Notes: generated by a model not told the origin, from the sequence alone. A stretch of 64,000 nt of DNA from an uncultured Gemmatimonadales bacterium (GCA_963739455.1 CAVUAK010000001.1:992001-1056000); one strand, 5' to 3'; counted from the first letter of the stretch, positions 33,227-45,946 are shown. A program made the numbers and translations.

Positions 33227-34141
33227 CTACGGCACCGCCCGGCGAGGGGCTCCCCTTACCGGCAGCAGGGAGGGTGGCTCGTCATCGAGCCAGTTGATCT
33301 CCAGCCGGCCGGCGGACTCGAACTCGACGGTGCCCTCACCCCGCACCACGCCGGACGGGTTGACCTGCAGGAGCTCGTTCAGGCTGTAGAGCTCGACGGT
33401 CAGTTCATAGCGATGCGGGCCCTCCCGCCGCCGCTTGACGATGACCGGCGTCGACGGCCCCAGCGTGGAAATCGTGCCGACCGTCTTGCCATCGATCTTG
33501 ATGCGCACGAGGCCCCGCAAGCGGGCGGCAGCATCAGGGCCGAGCTCGATCGTCGTCGCGTCCACCTCGTTCGCGCCCCGGCTCGGTGGTGGGGCGTTCT
33601 CGCGCTCGGGATCGGCCTGTACCGGTGGAAGACAGGCGAGCAGGTTCGCCGCGCGGGCCGACCCGGACGGGTGGTAGCGATCGTGGGTGAAGAGGCCCAT
33701 CCGGGTGAAGAACTGCACCGCCGCCTCGACCGATGCGCGGCTGGTGCGCGCGAGCCGCGCCGCGGCATAACAGTCGGCCTCGAGCTCCTGGCGCTGTCGG
33801 ACCTCGGCTGTTGTCGAATCGCGGCTCGCGAGGGCACCGCCGACATGGTCGTGGAAGACGTGCCCGTACTCATGTGCGATGAAGAAGTCGCGAAGCAGCG
33901 GGCCGACGCGCTCGATGAGCGCGGGATTGTAGTAGATGACCGGTCGGCCATTCTCGCGAAGCGTCAACGCGACGTCGCGCAGGGTATCAGTGGCCACCAG
34001 GCGTACATCGGTGAGCGGTTCCTGCGCGCGCAGCATCCCCGGCACGCTTCCCAGCGTCAGGATGAGCATCGCGATCCCGCTCCGCACCGGCATGCCGTCC
34101 ATCCTTCGCTTGGCTGGCGACCTCATGTCGCCATATGCCAT
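33227..34141 (-). CDS. Exported zinc metallopeptidase (M48-like); start may be 34093
   Basis: FFIAHEYGH, ELEADCYA, HPSGSAR; signal-like N-terminus. Confidence 0.75.
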   Translation of the reverse strand: MAYGDMRSPAKRRMDGMPVRSGIAMLILTLGSVPGMLRAQEPLTDVRLVATDTLRDVALTLRENGRPVIYYNPALIERVGPLLRDFFIAHEYGHVFHDHVGGALASRDSTTAEVRQRQELEADCYAAARLARTSRASVEAAVQFFTRMGLFTHDRYHPSGSARAANLLACLPPVQADPERENAPPPSRGANEVDATTIELGPDAAARLRGLVRIKIDGKTVGTISTLGPSTPVIVKRRREGPHRYELTVELYSLNELLQVNPSGVVRGEGTVEFESAGRLEINWLDDEPPSLLPVRGAPRRAVP

Positions 34142-34221
34142 CGCCCCCGCGGCGTCGAGAGATCGAGGCGCGGGGGCGAGAAACTGGTGCCGTCGCAGGT
34201 GCTTCGATCTCGTGCACTACC

Positions 34222-34389
34222 TCAAGTGTTTCGTCCCCGGTTCCGGTTCCGGCCGGTGCAGGTATGCACCGGCACAGGTGCTGTGCTTGAGCGCCCGTAA
34301 GCGGCCAGTACGGCGCCGAGTGTCCCGAGAATGAGGAGCAGTGCTGCCGACATCGGTGTGTCCATGTGGTGGTCTGTCGTACTTACCAT
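34222..34389 (-). CDS. Putative 55-aa single-TM small protein (below the ORF track cutoff)
   Basis: MVSTTDHHMDTPMSAALLLILGTLGAVLAAYGRSSTAPVPVHTCTGRNRNRGRNT*. Confidence 0.45.
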   Translation of the reverse strand: MVSTTDHHMDTPMSAALLLILGTLGAVLAAYGRSSTAPVPVHTCTGRNRNRGRNT

Positions 34390-34471
34390 GCATCACCCGA
34401 GCCATAAGGTGCCGGGGCGGCATCATGCCGCGGTCAAGCGCCGGGCTCACGCGGGGCAAGTGGTGCCCTGA

Positions 34472-37445
<2,974 letters not shown>

Positions 37446-37446
<1 letters not shown>

Positions 37447-38102
37447 CAGCCCTCAACCAGTTTCGTCTCGAGCGCGAACTTGGTGAGCCCTGCCACGGTC
37501 CGGATGCCCAGCTTCTTCATCAGGCTCTCGCGGTGGGTCTCGACCGTGCGGTGGGAGATCCCCAGCTCGCCGGCGATCTCCTTGTTGGTCAGGCCACGGG
37601 CGATGCCCGCGAGCACCTCGCGCTCGCGGCCGGTGAGCAGGTCGAGGTTGGTGTTGCGTTGCTCGCGGGCAATGTCCCCTCGCACCGCCTCGGACAGGCG
37701 GGCGGCGACGGCCGGGCTGAAGTAGGCCTCGCCGCCCAGCACGGTACGGATGGCGCTGGCGAGTTCCTGCGCCGCGCCATCCTTGAGCAGGTAACCGTGT
37801 GCGCCGGCACGCACGCTTTCCAGCACGTACTCGGTGTTGTCGTACATGCTCAGGATGAGCACGCGGATGTGCGGCAGGGCGTGCCGCAGTCGCGCCGCCG
37901 CCTGCAGTCCGGTTTCGCCGGGCATGGAAATGTCCAGCACCGCCACGTCCGGCTGCTGCGATTCCGCGAGCGGCAGCACCTCACTGCCGTTTGTCGCCTC
38001 GCCCACCACCTGGAAGCCTTCGCGCTCGAGCACGCTGCGGATGCCCTCGCGCACCATCGCATGGTCATCGGCCACGAGCACGCGGATCGGGACCTCGCTC
38101 AC
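37446..38102 (-). CDS. NarL/LuxR-family response regulator
   Basis: ADDHAMVREG, LDISMP, GYLLK, LTGREREVL..TNKEIA..TVETHR. Confidence 0.95.
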
Positions 38103-39868
38103 GCCGCCTCCCCAGTGCTGATCGGTACCTGCACCTCGACTCGTGCCCCGGCGCCGGGGCGCCCGTCAAACCGGACGCTGCCGCCGAGTGCGGCTATCCG
38201 TTCGCGCATGCCAGTCAGTCCCATGTGTCCCTCGCGCTCGAGCAGCGCCGTATCGGTGGTATGCGGTCCGGTGCCATCGTCGGCGACCACGAGCAGGAGC
38301 GCCCGCCCCCGCACCATGATCTGCACCGATACTGCCTTTGCGTTTGCGTGGCGCACCACATTGGACAGCGCCTCCTGCAGCGCGCGGAAAAGGGCGAGCT
38401 CCGCATCCTTCGAGAGCGACGGCAGCCCTTGGGGCGCATCCAGCGTGATACGAATGGCGCTTCGCTCGCTGAAGTCGGCCACGAGCGAGCGAAGCGCGGG
38501 CAGCAGGCCCAGGTCGTCCAGCAGTGAGGGACGCAGGTCGTTCACCACGCTGCGGATGCCGCGAATGCCCTTGTCGATGAGGCCGAGCATGCGCTCCAGC
38601 CGCGGGGCCGCGATGTCCGGCACCTGACCCCGCAGCAGTTCCAGCTCCATCTTCACTGCAGAGAACACCTGGGCCGTCTCGTCGTGCAACTCGCGGGACA
38701 GCCGGCGCCGCTCCTCCTCATGCTGCTCCAGCATGCGGGCCGAGAGGCGCGCGAGTTCCACGGTGCGGGCCTGCAGGCGCTCGTGCAGGTCGGCGTTGGC
38801 GAGCGCGGCGCCCACCTGCCGTCCGAGGGCCTGGAGGAAGTCGTCGTCGAGCGCGGTGAACGGGTCGCGCGCATCGCCTGTCAGGACCAGCGCGCCGGAC
38901 GCCTCGGTGCCGGTGAAGACGGGCAGCACGGCGACGTAGGCGATGGCGTCCCGGCCGCGGTCGCCCGGAATGAGCGGGCCGTCGTCAGTCACCTGCGGCC
39001 GGCCGGTGCTCATGGCGGCATGGAGTGCCGGCGCCGTGCGCGCATCGGGCGGGCGCCCCGTCCAGTCGGCGATCTGCCCTGCACCGCGCTCGAACCGGCC
39101 CGACTCGCGGAGGTAGAGTGCGCTGCCGCGCACGGCGGGCAGTGTGAGTGGCCGCGCCAGCAGCGCCGTGAGCACATCGCCTCGCCCGCGCCGCTGCAGG
39201 TCTCCCGAGAGCTCGGTGAGGGCGCGGAGCCCGCGGCCCAGGTCGTCGAGCACCAGGATCATGATGCCGGCGCCGATGGCGAGGGCGAACGCGATGTCGA
39301 GGTAATACCCCCAGGGCGCCCAGGCTCCGCGTGCCCGGAGGAACGGATAGTCGAGGTGGTGCAGGCTCCAGAGCAGGAAGGCGCACGCCAGGATGCCGGC
39401 GCCCGTGGAGCCGACCAGCTTCCAGTAGCGCAGGAACACCCATCCGGTCCACAGCGTCGCGAGGCTCAAAAAGAGCACCGCCGGTCCGGCCGCGAGCAGG
39501 AAGTTGTCCAGCTGGTAGATGGCGATGTACGCCCACAACAGCGGGAAGATCGCGGCGAGCAGGTAGATGGGCCGCCAGCGCACCTGGCGCGAGAAGACGA
39601 GCGCTGCCCACAGCAGCGCGAGCGCGGTCCACCCGGTGATCACCTGGTGCCAGTAGAGCCAGGTCCAGTTGCGCGTGAGGAGGAACCCCATGATCGCGCC
39701 GAGGCGGAACACGTAGAGGCCCCACGCCGTGGCGTACCAGGCGAAGTAGATCTTGCCGTATCGCTGGTAGAGGAACGCGCAGAGCAGCGCCAGGCAGGCG
39801 GTAATGGCGGCCTGGAGGATCGCCGCGTCGAGCTCGAGCGCGGTGGCCAGCGCGATGGGGGTTTGCAC
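38099..39868 (-). CDS. Sensor histidine kinase (7TM + GAF-like + HisKA_3 + HATPase)
   Basis: About 7 TM helices; ERRRLSRELHDE, LRPSLLDDLGL, QEALSNVVRHA, DDGTG, GLTGMRER. Confidence 0.92.
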   Translation of the reverse strand: MQTPIALATALELDAAILQAAITACLALLCAFLYQRYGKIYFAWYATAWGLYVFRLGAIMGFLLTRNWTWLYWHQVITGWTALALLWAALVFSRQVRWRPIYLLAAIFPLLWAYIAIYQLDNFLLAAGPAVLFLSLATLWTGWVFLRYWKLVGSTGAGILACAFLLWSLHHLDYPFLRARGAWAPWGYYLDIAFALAIGAGIMILVLDDLGRGLRALTELSGDLQRRGRGDVLTALLARPLTLPAVRGSALYLRESGRFERGAGQIADWTGRPPDARTAPALHAAMSTGRPQVTDDGPLIPGDRGRDAIAYVAVLPVFTGTEASGALVLTGDARDPFTALDDDFLQALGRQVGAALANADLHERLQARTVELARLSARMLEQHEEERRRLSRELHDETAQVFSAVKMELELLRGQVPDIAAPRLERMLGLIDKGIRGIRSVVNDLRPSLLDDLGLLPALRSLVADFSERSAIRITLDAPQGLPSLSKDAELALFRALQEALSNVVRHANAKAVSVQIMVRGRALLLVVADDGTGPHTTDTALLEREGHMGLTGMRERIAALGGSVRFDGRPGAGARVEVQVPISTGEAA

Positions 39869-39920
39869 TGCCCAAATCAAGCGGCGGCATGCCGTTAGTT
39901 TCAACTGGGTAGTTCACCGG

Positions 39921-41048
39921 ATGCACCAAGGGTCCTCGATGCCAGCCTCTGTGCCGGATCTCCCCGCCGTGGAATTTCGCGGCGTCGCCAAGCGATATGG
40001 CGCAACGCCGGCGGTGCGCGACCTGTCGTTCACCGTCGCGCGCGGAGAGTTTTTCTCCCTCCTCGGTCCGTCGGGCTGCGGCAAGACGACGACGCTGCGC
40101 CTGCTCGCCGGTTTCGAGACCGCCGACGAGGGCGAAATTCGCCTCTTCGGTGAAGTGGTGAACCAGCGGCGCCCCTACGAACGTGACCTGGCGATGGTGT
40201 TCCAGAACTACGCGCTCTTCCCGCATCTCTCGGTGGAGCGGAACGTGGCCTTCGGCCTGGAGCAGCGGAAGCGACCGGCCCCCGAGATCCGCGACCGCGT
40301 GCGCTCAGCACTCGAACTGGTGCGGCTCGACCCCGCGATCTATTCGACACGCCAGCCGTCAGAGCTGTCCGGTGGCCAGCGACAGCGGGTGGCCCTGGCC
40401 CGGGCACTCGTGCTCGAGCCGCGCGTGCTGCTGCTCGACGAACCGCTCGGCGCACTCGACCTCAAGCTCCGGAAGGAAATGCAGGTCGAGCTGAAGGCAC
40501 TCAACCAGCAGCTCGGCGTGACATTCATCCACGTCACGCACGACCAGGAAGAGGCCCTGGCCATGAGCGACCGGATCGCGGTGATGAACCAGGCCGAGAT
40601 CGCGCAGCTCGGCACGCCGGCCGAGATCTACGAGAACCCGCGAACGGCGTTTGTCGCGGACTTCATTGGCGAAGCGAATTTCCTCAGTGGCGTGGCGGCA
40701 CGGCGGCAGGATGGATGGGAAATCGGCAGCGGCGCAGGCGGCTTTGTCGTGCCCGCACACCCGGCCATCGCGGAAGGCGCGGAACTCCGCGTCGCGATCC
40801 GCCCCGAATGGCTCGACCTCTGCGGCCCGGACGACGCGCCCGTCGGCGAGAACGCTCTCCAGGGCACGGTACAGGGGCTCGCGTACCTCGGCGAGACGAT
40901 TCACGTTCGGGTGACACTTGCCAACGGGCAGGTCATGGTCATCGCACTGCGGAACGAGGGCCAATTGACCAAGCCACTCGTCTGGAACAGGGGCGACCGC
41001 TGCATGGTCGTCTGGCGCCCTGAAGACTGCCAGGTACTCGAAGGATGA
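39921..41048 (+). CDS. potA: Polyamine ABC transporter ATPase
   Basis: GPSGCGKT, LSGGQRQRVALAR, LLDEPLGALD, TOBE-like tail. Confidence 0.88.
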   Translation: MHQGSSMPASVPDLPAVEFRGVAKRYGATPAVRDLSFTVARGEFFSLLGPSGCGKTTTLRLLAGFETADEGEIRLFGEVVNQRRPYERDLAMVFQNYALFPHLSVERNVAFGLEQRKRPAPEIRDRVRSALELVRLDPAIYSTRQPSELSGGQRQRVALARALVLEPRVLLLDEPLGALDLKLRKEMQVELKALNQQLGVTFIHVTHDQEEALAMSDRIAVMNQAEIAQLGTPAEIYENPRTAFVADFIGEANFLSGVAARRQDGWEIGSGAGGFVVPAHPAIAEGAELRVAIRPEWLDLCGPDDAPVGENALQGTVQGLAYLGETIHVRVTLANGQVMVIALRNEGQLTKPLVWNRGDRCMVVWRPEDCQVLEG

Positions 41049-41941
41049 CGAACCCTCGGCGCGGCATCCTTCGATGGATCGCGCGGCACCCCTGGTCGCC
41101 CGGCGCGCTATTGCTTGGGCCGGCCGGGCTCTGGCTCGCTGCATTCTTCCTGCTGCCGATCCTCATCCTCCTGGTCTTCAGCATCATGCCGCGCGGGGCG
41201 TACGGCGGCGTCACGCCGGGGTTCACCCTGGAGCACTACCAGCGGTTCCTTGACCCGCTCTACATCGGGATCCTCCGGCGCACCGTGTGGCTTTCCTTTC
41301 TGTGCACGATTGGATGCCTTCTGCTCGCGTATCCTACCGCGTACTTCATCGCTCGGAGCGGTCGGCGGCGGAACCTGCTCCTGTTCCTCGCGGTGCTTCC
41401 GTTCTGGACCAGTTCCCTCGTGCGCACGTACGCCATGATTTTCCTGCTCCGTGACAGCGGGCTCATCAACCGGCTGCTGCTGGACGCGGGACTGATCCAC
41501 GCACCACTTCGACTGCTGTACACCGAGGGCGCAGTGCTCGCCGGGCTGGTGTACAGCGCCCTGCCGTTCATGATCCTTCCGATCTATGCCTCCATCGAAA
41601 AGCTCGACCCTGCGCTTCTCGAAGCGGCCGAGGGTCTCGGCGCGCGCTCGTGGGCGCGCTTCACCCGGGTTGTGTGGCCGCTCACCCTGCCGGGCGTGGC
41701 CGCCGGCTCGCTGCTGGTGTTCGTGCCCTCTCTGGGATCGTTCGTGGTTCCCGACCTGCTCGGCGGCGCGCGCCAGATGATGGTCGGCAACCTCATCCAG
41801 AACCAGTTCGGGCCGGCGCGGAACTGGCCCTTTGGGTCGGCGGCAGCTTTTGCGGTGATGGCGCTCGTGATGATCGCGATGCTCCTCGTGATCCGGCTGG
41901 GCGGCCAGGACGAGGGGACGCCGAGGGACCGGACTGTATGA
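41045..41941 (+). CDS. potB: Polyamine ABC permease
   Basis: PFWTSSLVRTYA, LPFMILPIY, EAA loop, NWPFGSA. Confidence 0.88.
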   Translation: MTNPRRGILRWIARHPWSPGALLLGPAGLWLAAFFLLPILILLVFSIMPRGAYGGVTPGFTLEHYQRFLDPLYIGILRRTVWLSFLCTIGCLLLAYPTAYFIARSGRRRNLLLFLAVLPFWTSSLVRTYAMIFLLRDSGLINRLLLDAGLIHAPLRLLYTEGAVLAGLVYSALPFMILPIYASIEKLDPALLEAAEGLGARSWARFTRVVWPLTLPGVAAGSLLVFVPSLGSFVVPDLLGGARQMMVGNLIQNQFGPARNWPFGSAAAFAVMALVMIAMLLVIRLGGQDEGTPRDRTV

Positions 41942-42723
41942 GCGCCCGGCGCGTACCCTTCACGATGTCGGCCGTGGCCGTGGCAACCTACCTGTTCATG
42001 CACGTGCCACTGCTGGTGCTGGTCGCGTTCTCGTTCAACCGGTCACGCTTCGGCGTGCAGTGGGGTGGCTTTACGCTCGACTGGTATGCGCGGCTCGCGT
42101 CCAGGCCGGACATCCTCGGCGCGTTACGCCTCAGCCTGGTCGTGGGCCTGATATCGACCCTGCTCGCGACCGTCACGGGTACGCTGGCAGCGCTGGCACT
42201 CGCTCGTTACCTGCCGCGCGCGCGCCGTGCAGCGGGCGCTTTCCTCTACCTGCCCATCGTGACACCCGAGATCGTCGCCGGGGTGTCGTTGCTGGTGCTC
42301 TTTTCCTGGATTGGCATGACGCTGGGTATCACGACCATCGTCATTGCCCATACCGCCTTCAGCATCCCGTTCGTTGTCGTGGTGGTGCTCGCGCGGCTGC
42401 AGGGAACCGATCGCGTGCTTGAGGAGGCTGCGATGGGCCTGGGTGCCGACGAGATCGCCACCTTCCGGCGTGTGACGCTGCCGCAGCTGATGCCCGGCAT
42501 ACTTGCGGGGGCGCTGCTCGCCTTTACCCTGTCGTTCGATGACTTCGTCACCACCTTCTTTGTGTCTGGCGTCGGATCGACGACGTTGCCGCTCGCGATA
42601 TACTCCATGGTCCGGAAAAGCGTCGAGCCGACCATCAATGCGCTGTCGGCGCTGCTGGTGATCCTGACGACGGTGACGGTCTTCGCTGCCGACCGGCTGG
42701 CCCGCGGCAGCACACGCGCATGA
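41938..42723 (+). CDS. potC: Polyamine ABC permease
   Basis: GFTLDWY, PEIVAG, LEEAAMGLGA, AFTLSFDDF. Confidence 0.88.
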   Translation: MSARRVPFTMSAVAVATYLFMHVPLLVLVAFSFNRSRFGVQWGGFTLDWYARLASRPDILGALRLSLVVGLISTLLATVTGTLAALALARYLPRARRAAGAFLYLPIVTPEIVAGVSLLVLFSWIGMTLGITTIVIAHTAFSIPFVVVVVLARLQGTDRVLEEAAMGLGADEIATFRRVTLPQLMPGILAGALLAFTLSFDDFVTTFFVSGVGSTTLPLAIYSMVRKSVEPTINALSALLVILTTVTVFAADRLARGSTRA

Positions 42724-43796
42724 GGCACCCTCCCAGTCGCCGCGACTTTGTCGCCACGGCGGCACGCGCGGCGCTTGCGTCGTCATTGGTGGCGCCCGCC
42801 ATCACGGCGTGTCGCAGCGAGCGCCGACCACCGGCACCCGGACTGGAGCCGGAACTCAACATCTACAACTGGTTCGACTACATCGGGCCGGATACCATTG
42901 CCGGTTTCGAGGAGGAGTTCGGTGTCCGTGTCACGTACGACACGTTTGACAGCAACGAGGCGATGGTCGCCAAGGTCCTGAATGGCGCGACCGGCTACGA
43001 CCTGATTGTTCCCACCGGCTATCAGTTGCCGCTGCTGCGGAGCCGCGGACTGCTCGCGAAGCTGGATCGCTCGAAGCTGACCAACTGGGACAACCTGATG
43101 CCGCTGTTCCGGGGCACGCCAGCGGATCCTGGCGGCGAGTATGGAGTGCCCTGGCAGTGGGGCATCACCGGGATCGCATATCGTGCCGACCTCGTGCCAT
43201 CCGTTCCCGACAGCTGGGGCTCCTTCGCGAGCGGCGACGTCACCGAGCGCGCGACCATGCTGGATGACGGGCGCGAAGTGCTCGGCGCGATGCTGCGCTA
43301 TCGCGGGCATTCGCTGAACTCGACCGACCCGCTCGAGCTGGCCGGGGCGCGGCAGGATGCGATCGATGCCAAGGCGCATCTCCTGGCCTTCATGACGTTG
43401 CCGGTGAAGGGCCAGCTGGTGACAGGCGACGTGGTGATGGCGCAGTTCTGGAACGGCGATGCCCATCAGGCACAGCGCGAGAATCCCAACGTGGCTTTTT
43501 CGCTGCCACGCGAAGGAAGCCTGATCTTCAATGACTACATGGTGCTCCTGAGCAATGCACCCCACCCGGCGGCAGCGACCGCCTTCCTCAACTACATCCT
43601 TCGGCCCGACGTCGCTGCGGCCATCAGCGAGGAGACCGGCTATGGAACGCCGAACCAAGCGGCTCAGGAGCGCATGCGCGACCCGATTCCCTATCCGTCG
43701 CCCGAGGAACTGGCCCGCCTCGAATTCCAGCGCGACCTGGGACCGGCAACGGCACTCTGGGACCGCATCTGGACCGAGGTGAAGGCCTCCGCCTGA
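42720..43796 (+). CDS. potD: Polyamine-binding lipoprotein with a Tat-like signal
   Basis: SRRDFV and lipobox ITAC; LNIYNWFDYI, FDSNE, GYDLIVP, PREGS, WTEVK. Confidence 0.88.
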   Translation: MRHPPSRRDFVATAARAALASSLVAPAITACRSERRPPAPGLEPELNIYNWFDYIGPDTIAGFEEEFGVRVTYDTFDSNEAMVAKVLNGATGYDLIVPTGYQLPLLRSRGLLAKLDRSKLTNWDNLMPLFRGTPADPGGEYGVPWQWGITGIAYRADLVPSVPDSWGSFASGDVTERATMLDDGREVLGAMLRYRGHSLNSTDPLELAGARQDAIDAKAHLLAFMTLPVKGQLVTGDVVMAQFWNGDAHQAQRENPNVAFSLPREGSLIFNDYMVLLSNAPHPAAATAFLNYILRPDVAAAISEETGYGTPNQAAQERMRDPIPYPSPEELARLEFQRDLGPATALWDRIWTEVKASA

Positions 43797-43866
43797 GCCT
43801 CGGACGCCAGATGCCGGTTTGGGTTGCGGAGGCGCCCGTCCGGTGGCACCTTGGGCAAGCACATCT

Positions 43867-45354
43867 ATGTCTGCGACCTGGCCGATTTCCCCCCTCGAGC
43901 AGTTCACCCAGCGGTTTGGGGATTTGGTCGCGCTCCTGCGCGCCGATCCGGCCAACGATGCGGCCCAGGATCTTGCCCTCGAGACCTGCACCGCCATCGC
44001 GAACAGCCAGCCCATCCGACTCGAGGCAGGCGTGGAACTCGTTGGTGAGGAACAACCTCTGAGCCTGAAGAGCCGCCTGCTGGCTCGTCAGGTTGACGCC
44101 ATCAGCATCAGTCCCGGCGTCGAGGAAGAAGAGCTGTTGCGGCTCGCGCGGGCGCTGGCACACGACTCGGCGCCAATCGTCTCAACCCCCCACATCAACG
44201 CCCAGATTATCGATGCGATCGTCCCAAATTGGAACGGTCTCACTTTGATGGATGGCGGCGCCGAGACCTTTTCGCCGCCGCGGGACGGGGGTGACCGACG
44301 GTTGGGTGCTGATCGGCGGGACCTGCTTCGCGGGGTGCGCTATCGTGGTCAGGAGCGCCGACGCACCGAGCGGCGCGTCACCGGTGAGCGCCGACTGGTG
44401 CTGGTGAAGCACGTGGCGACCGACGTGCAGAAGGTTCACGAGCGGCTGGCGCGCGCGATCAAGGAAGCCGACTGGCGCACTGCACTTCACCTCGCGTCAG
44501 TGCAGTTGCAGACGCTTCCGGCAGTGCCATACGAGGATCGCCGTCGCCAGTCGATCCTGCTCCGGCGCCAGCTGAGCCCGGCCGCGTACGATGGCATCGT
44601 GCGGCTGGCACTGGCTGACCCGATCGAGGCGAGCCAGGCGGCAACGGTATTGCGCTGGGGTGGGCTCGATGCGGCCGAAGTGATGCTGCGGGTGCTGATG
44701 GAGGCCGAGTCCGTGGGGCCGCGCCGCATTCTGTTCGAGGTGCTCGGCGGCATGCCCGAGATCTATCCCATCGTGCTCCCTTACCTGCTGGGCGGGGCGA
44801 CGCACGAGGTACGGCACGCCGCGGAACTTGCCGGACGGCTGCGCAACCCGGCTGCAATCGACCCACTCAAGCGGAGGCTCACCGACCTCGACGAGCGAGT
44901 GCGCGCAGCGGTAATCCAGGCACTCGCCGAGTTCCCGCTGGGTGAGGTGGTGGAGAGCATGCGGATCGCGCTGGCATCGCCGTCCCCCTCCACCCGCTTT
45001 GCTGCAGTCGATGCCATCGGTCGCCGGCGGGCACTCGGCTTCGCGATGCCGCTCCTGGCCTTGCTGGACAACGAGCGCGACCCCCAGGTCTGGAAGGCCG
45101 CCGTCCGGAGCCTGGCGCTCCTGGGCACGCCTGACGCCTTGACAGGGCTGGCCCGTCTGGCGCTGGTCAAGCGGTCGTTCCTGACGGGGAAGGGCTGGTC
45201 GGTGGAGCAGCGCATCGAGGCAGTGCGCGCGCTGGCGCCGCTTCGAGGCCAGGGCGCCCGTGCCACCCTCGAGCGCATCGCCCGTGAGACTGAGGAGCCG
45301 GTGCGTGGCGAGGCGTTGCGCGCGCTGCAGGAACCAATGTCGGCGGCCGGGTAG
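43867..45354 (+). CDS. HEAT-repeat protein with an Arg-rich insert
   Basis: C-terminal HEAT repeats (EVRHAAELAG, DERVRAAVIQAL); DRR/ERR-rich segment. Confidence 0.8.
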   Translation: MSATWPISPLEQFTQRFGDLVALLRADPANDAAQDLALETCTAIANSQPIRLEAGVELVGEEQPLSLKSRLLARQVDAISISPGVEEEELLRLARALAHDSAPIVSTPHINAQIIDAIVPNWNGLTLMDGGAETFSPPRDGGDRRLGADRRDLLRGVRYRGQERRRTERRVTGERRLVLVKHVATDVQKVHERLARAIKEADWRTALHLASVQLQTLPAVPYEDRRRQSILLRRQLSPAAYDGIVRLALADPIEASQAATVLRWGGLDAAEVMLRVLMEAESVGPRRILFEVLGGMPEIYPIVLPYLLGGATHEVRHAAELAGRLRNPAAIDPLKRRLTDLDERVRAAVIQALAEFPLGEVVESMRIALASPSPSTRFAAVDAIGRRRALGFAMPLLALLDNERDPQVWKAAVRSLALLGTPDALTGLARLALVKRSFLTGKGWSVEQRIEAVRALAPLRGQGARATLERIARETEEPVRGEALRALQEPMSAAG

Positions 45355-45357
45355 CAA

Positions 45358-45401
45358 CCCTACCGTTTCCGCGTCGCCGCCCCTACCGTTACGGCCTACC
45401 G
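45358..45401 (+). repeat. Short direct repeats: CCCTACCGTT twice plus CCTACCG
   Basis: Copies at 45358, 45381 and 45395. Confidence 0.7.
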
Positions 45402-45417
45402 CAATACGGGGATCGCC

Positions 45418-45576
45418 ATGAATACGTTCGGGATGATTTTCGCGAGCATCGGCGCCGCCGCGATCATCTGTGCGCTCGGCTTCGTCTCGCTGGTCATTGG
45501 CGGGCTGGTGAACGCGATGATCCTGCTGCAGGCAGGCCCGCTGGTGGACAAGATCCTGGGCAAGAAGGCGGCGTGA
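45418..45576 (+). CDS. 52-aa small membrane protein (below the ORF track cutoff)
   Basis: MNTFGMIFASIGAAAIICALGFVSLVIGGLVNAMILLQAGPLVDKILGKKAA*; GGGGA RBS; strong GC3 codon bias. Confidence 0.7.
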   Translation: MNTFGMIFASIGAAAIICALGFVSLVIGGLVNAMILLQAGPLVDKILGKKAA

Positions 45577-45586
45577 GGCGCCGGAG

Positions 45587-45946
45587 CTAGATCTCCTCGG
45601 CGGCCTCCTCCCGCTCGGGGGTCATCGCCTTCTTGAGCGCGCCCTCGTAGTTCATGCGCAGGGTCCCCAGGAGTTCTCGCAGCCCTCGCACCTTCATCTG
45701 CACGCCACCCCCGCGCCGAGCCATTGTTCCCATGATGCCGGCCGCATCGGCCAGGCCCGGCAGGCCGAGGGCCTGCGAGTTCGCCTTCACTTCGTCGAGC
45801 ATCCGACAGAGGCCCCGGATCGCGCTGTCGTCCGCCTTTGCGGTGGACAGGAGTTCGATGACGCCCGTGGCCTTCTGGAACTTGGGCGGCAGCGTCTCCA
45901 GGTAGGCGAGTTGCGTGTGCTGCTTGGAGCTCAGCTTGATGGCCAC
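45587..45946 (-). CDS. Hpt-like helical-bundle protein lacking the phospho-His
   Basis: GTG with GGAG RBS; LCRMLDEVKANSQALGLPGLADAA resembles the Hpt motif R..H.LKG.S..LG. Confidence 0.65.
   Translation of the reverse strand: MAIKLSSKQHTQLAYLETLPPKFQKATGVIELLSTAKADDSAIRGLCRMLDEVKANSQALGLPGLADAAGIMGTMARRGGGVQMKVRGLRELLGTLRMNYEGALKKAMTPEREEAAEEI

Noticed and set aside
43845..43866. Sigma54 promoter (TGGCAC)
   Set aside because: The -12 TTGC element is absent at the required spacing
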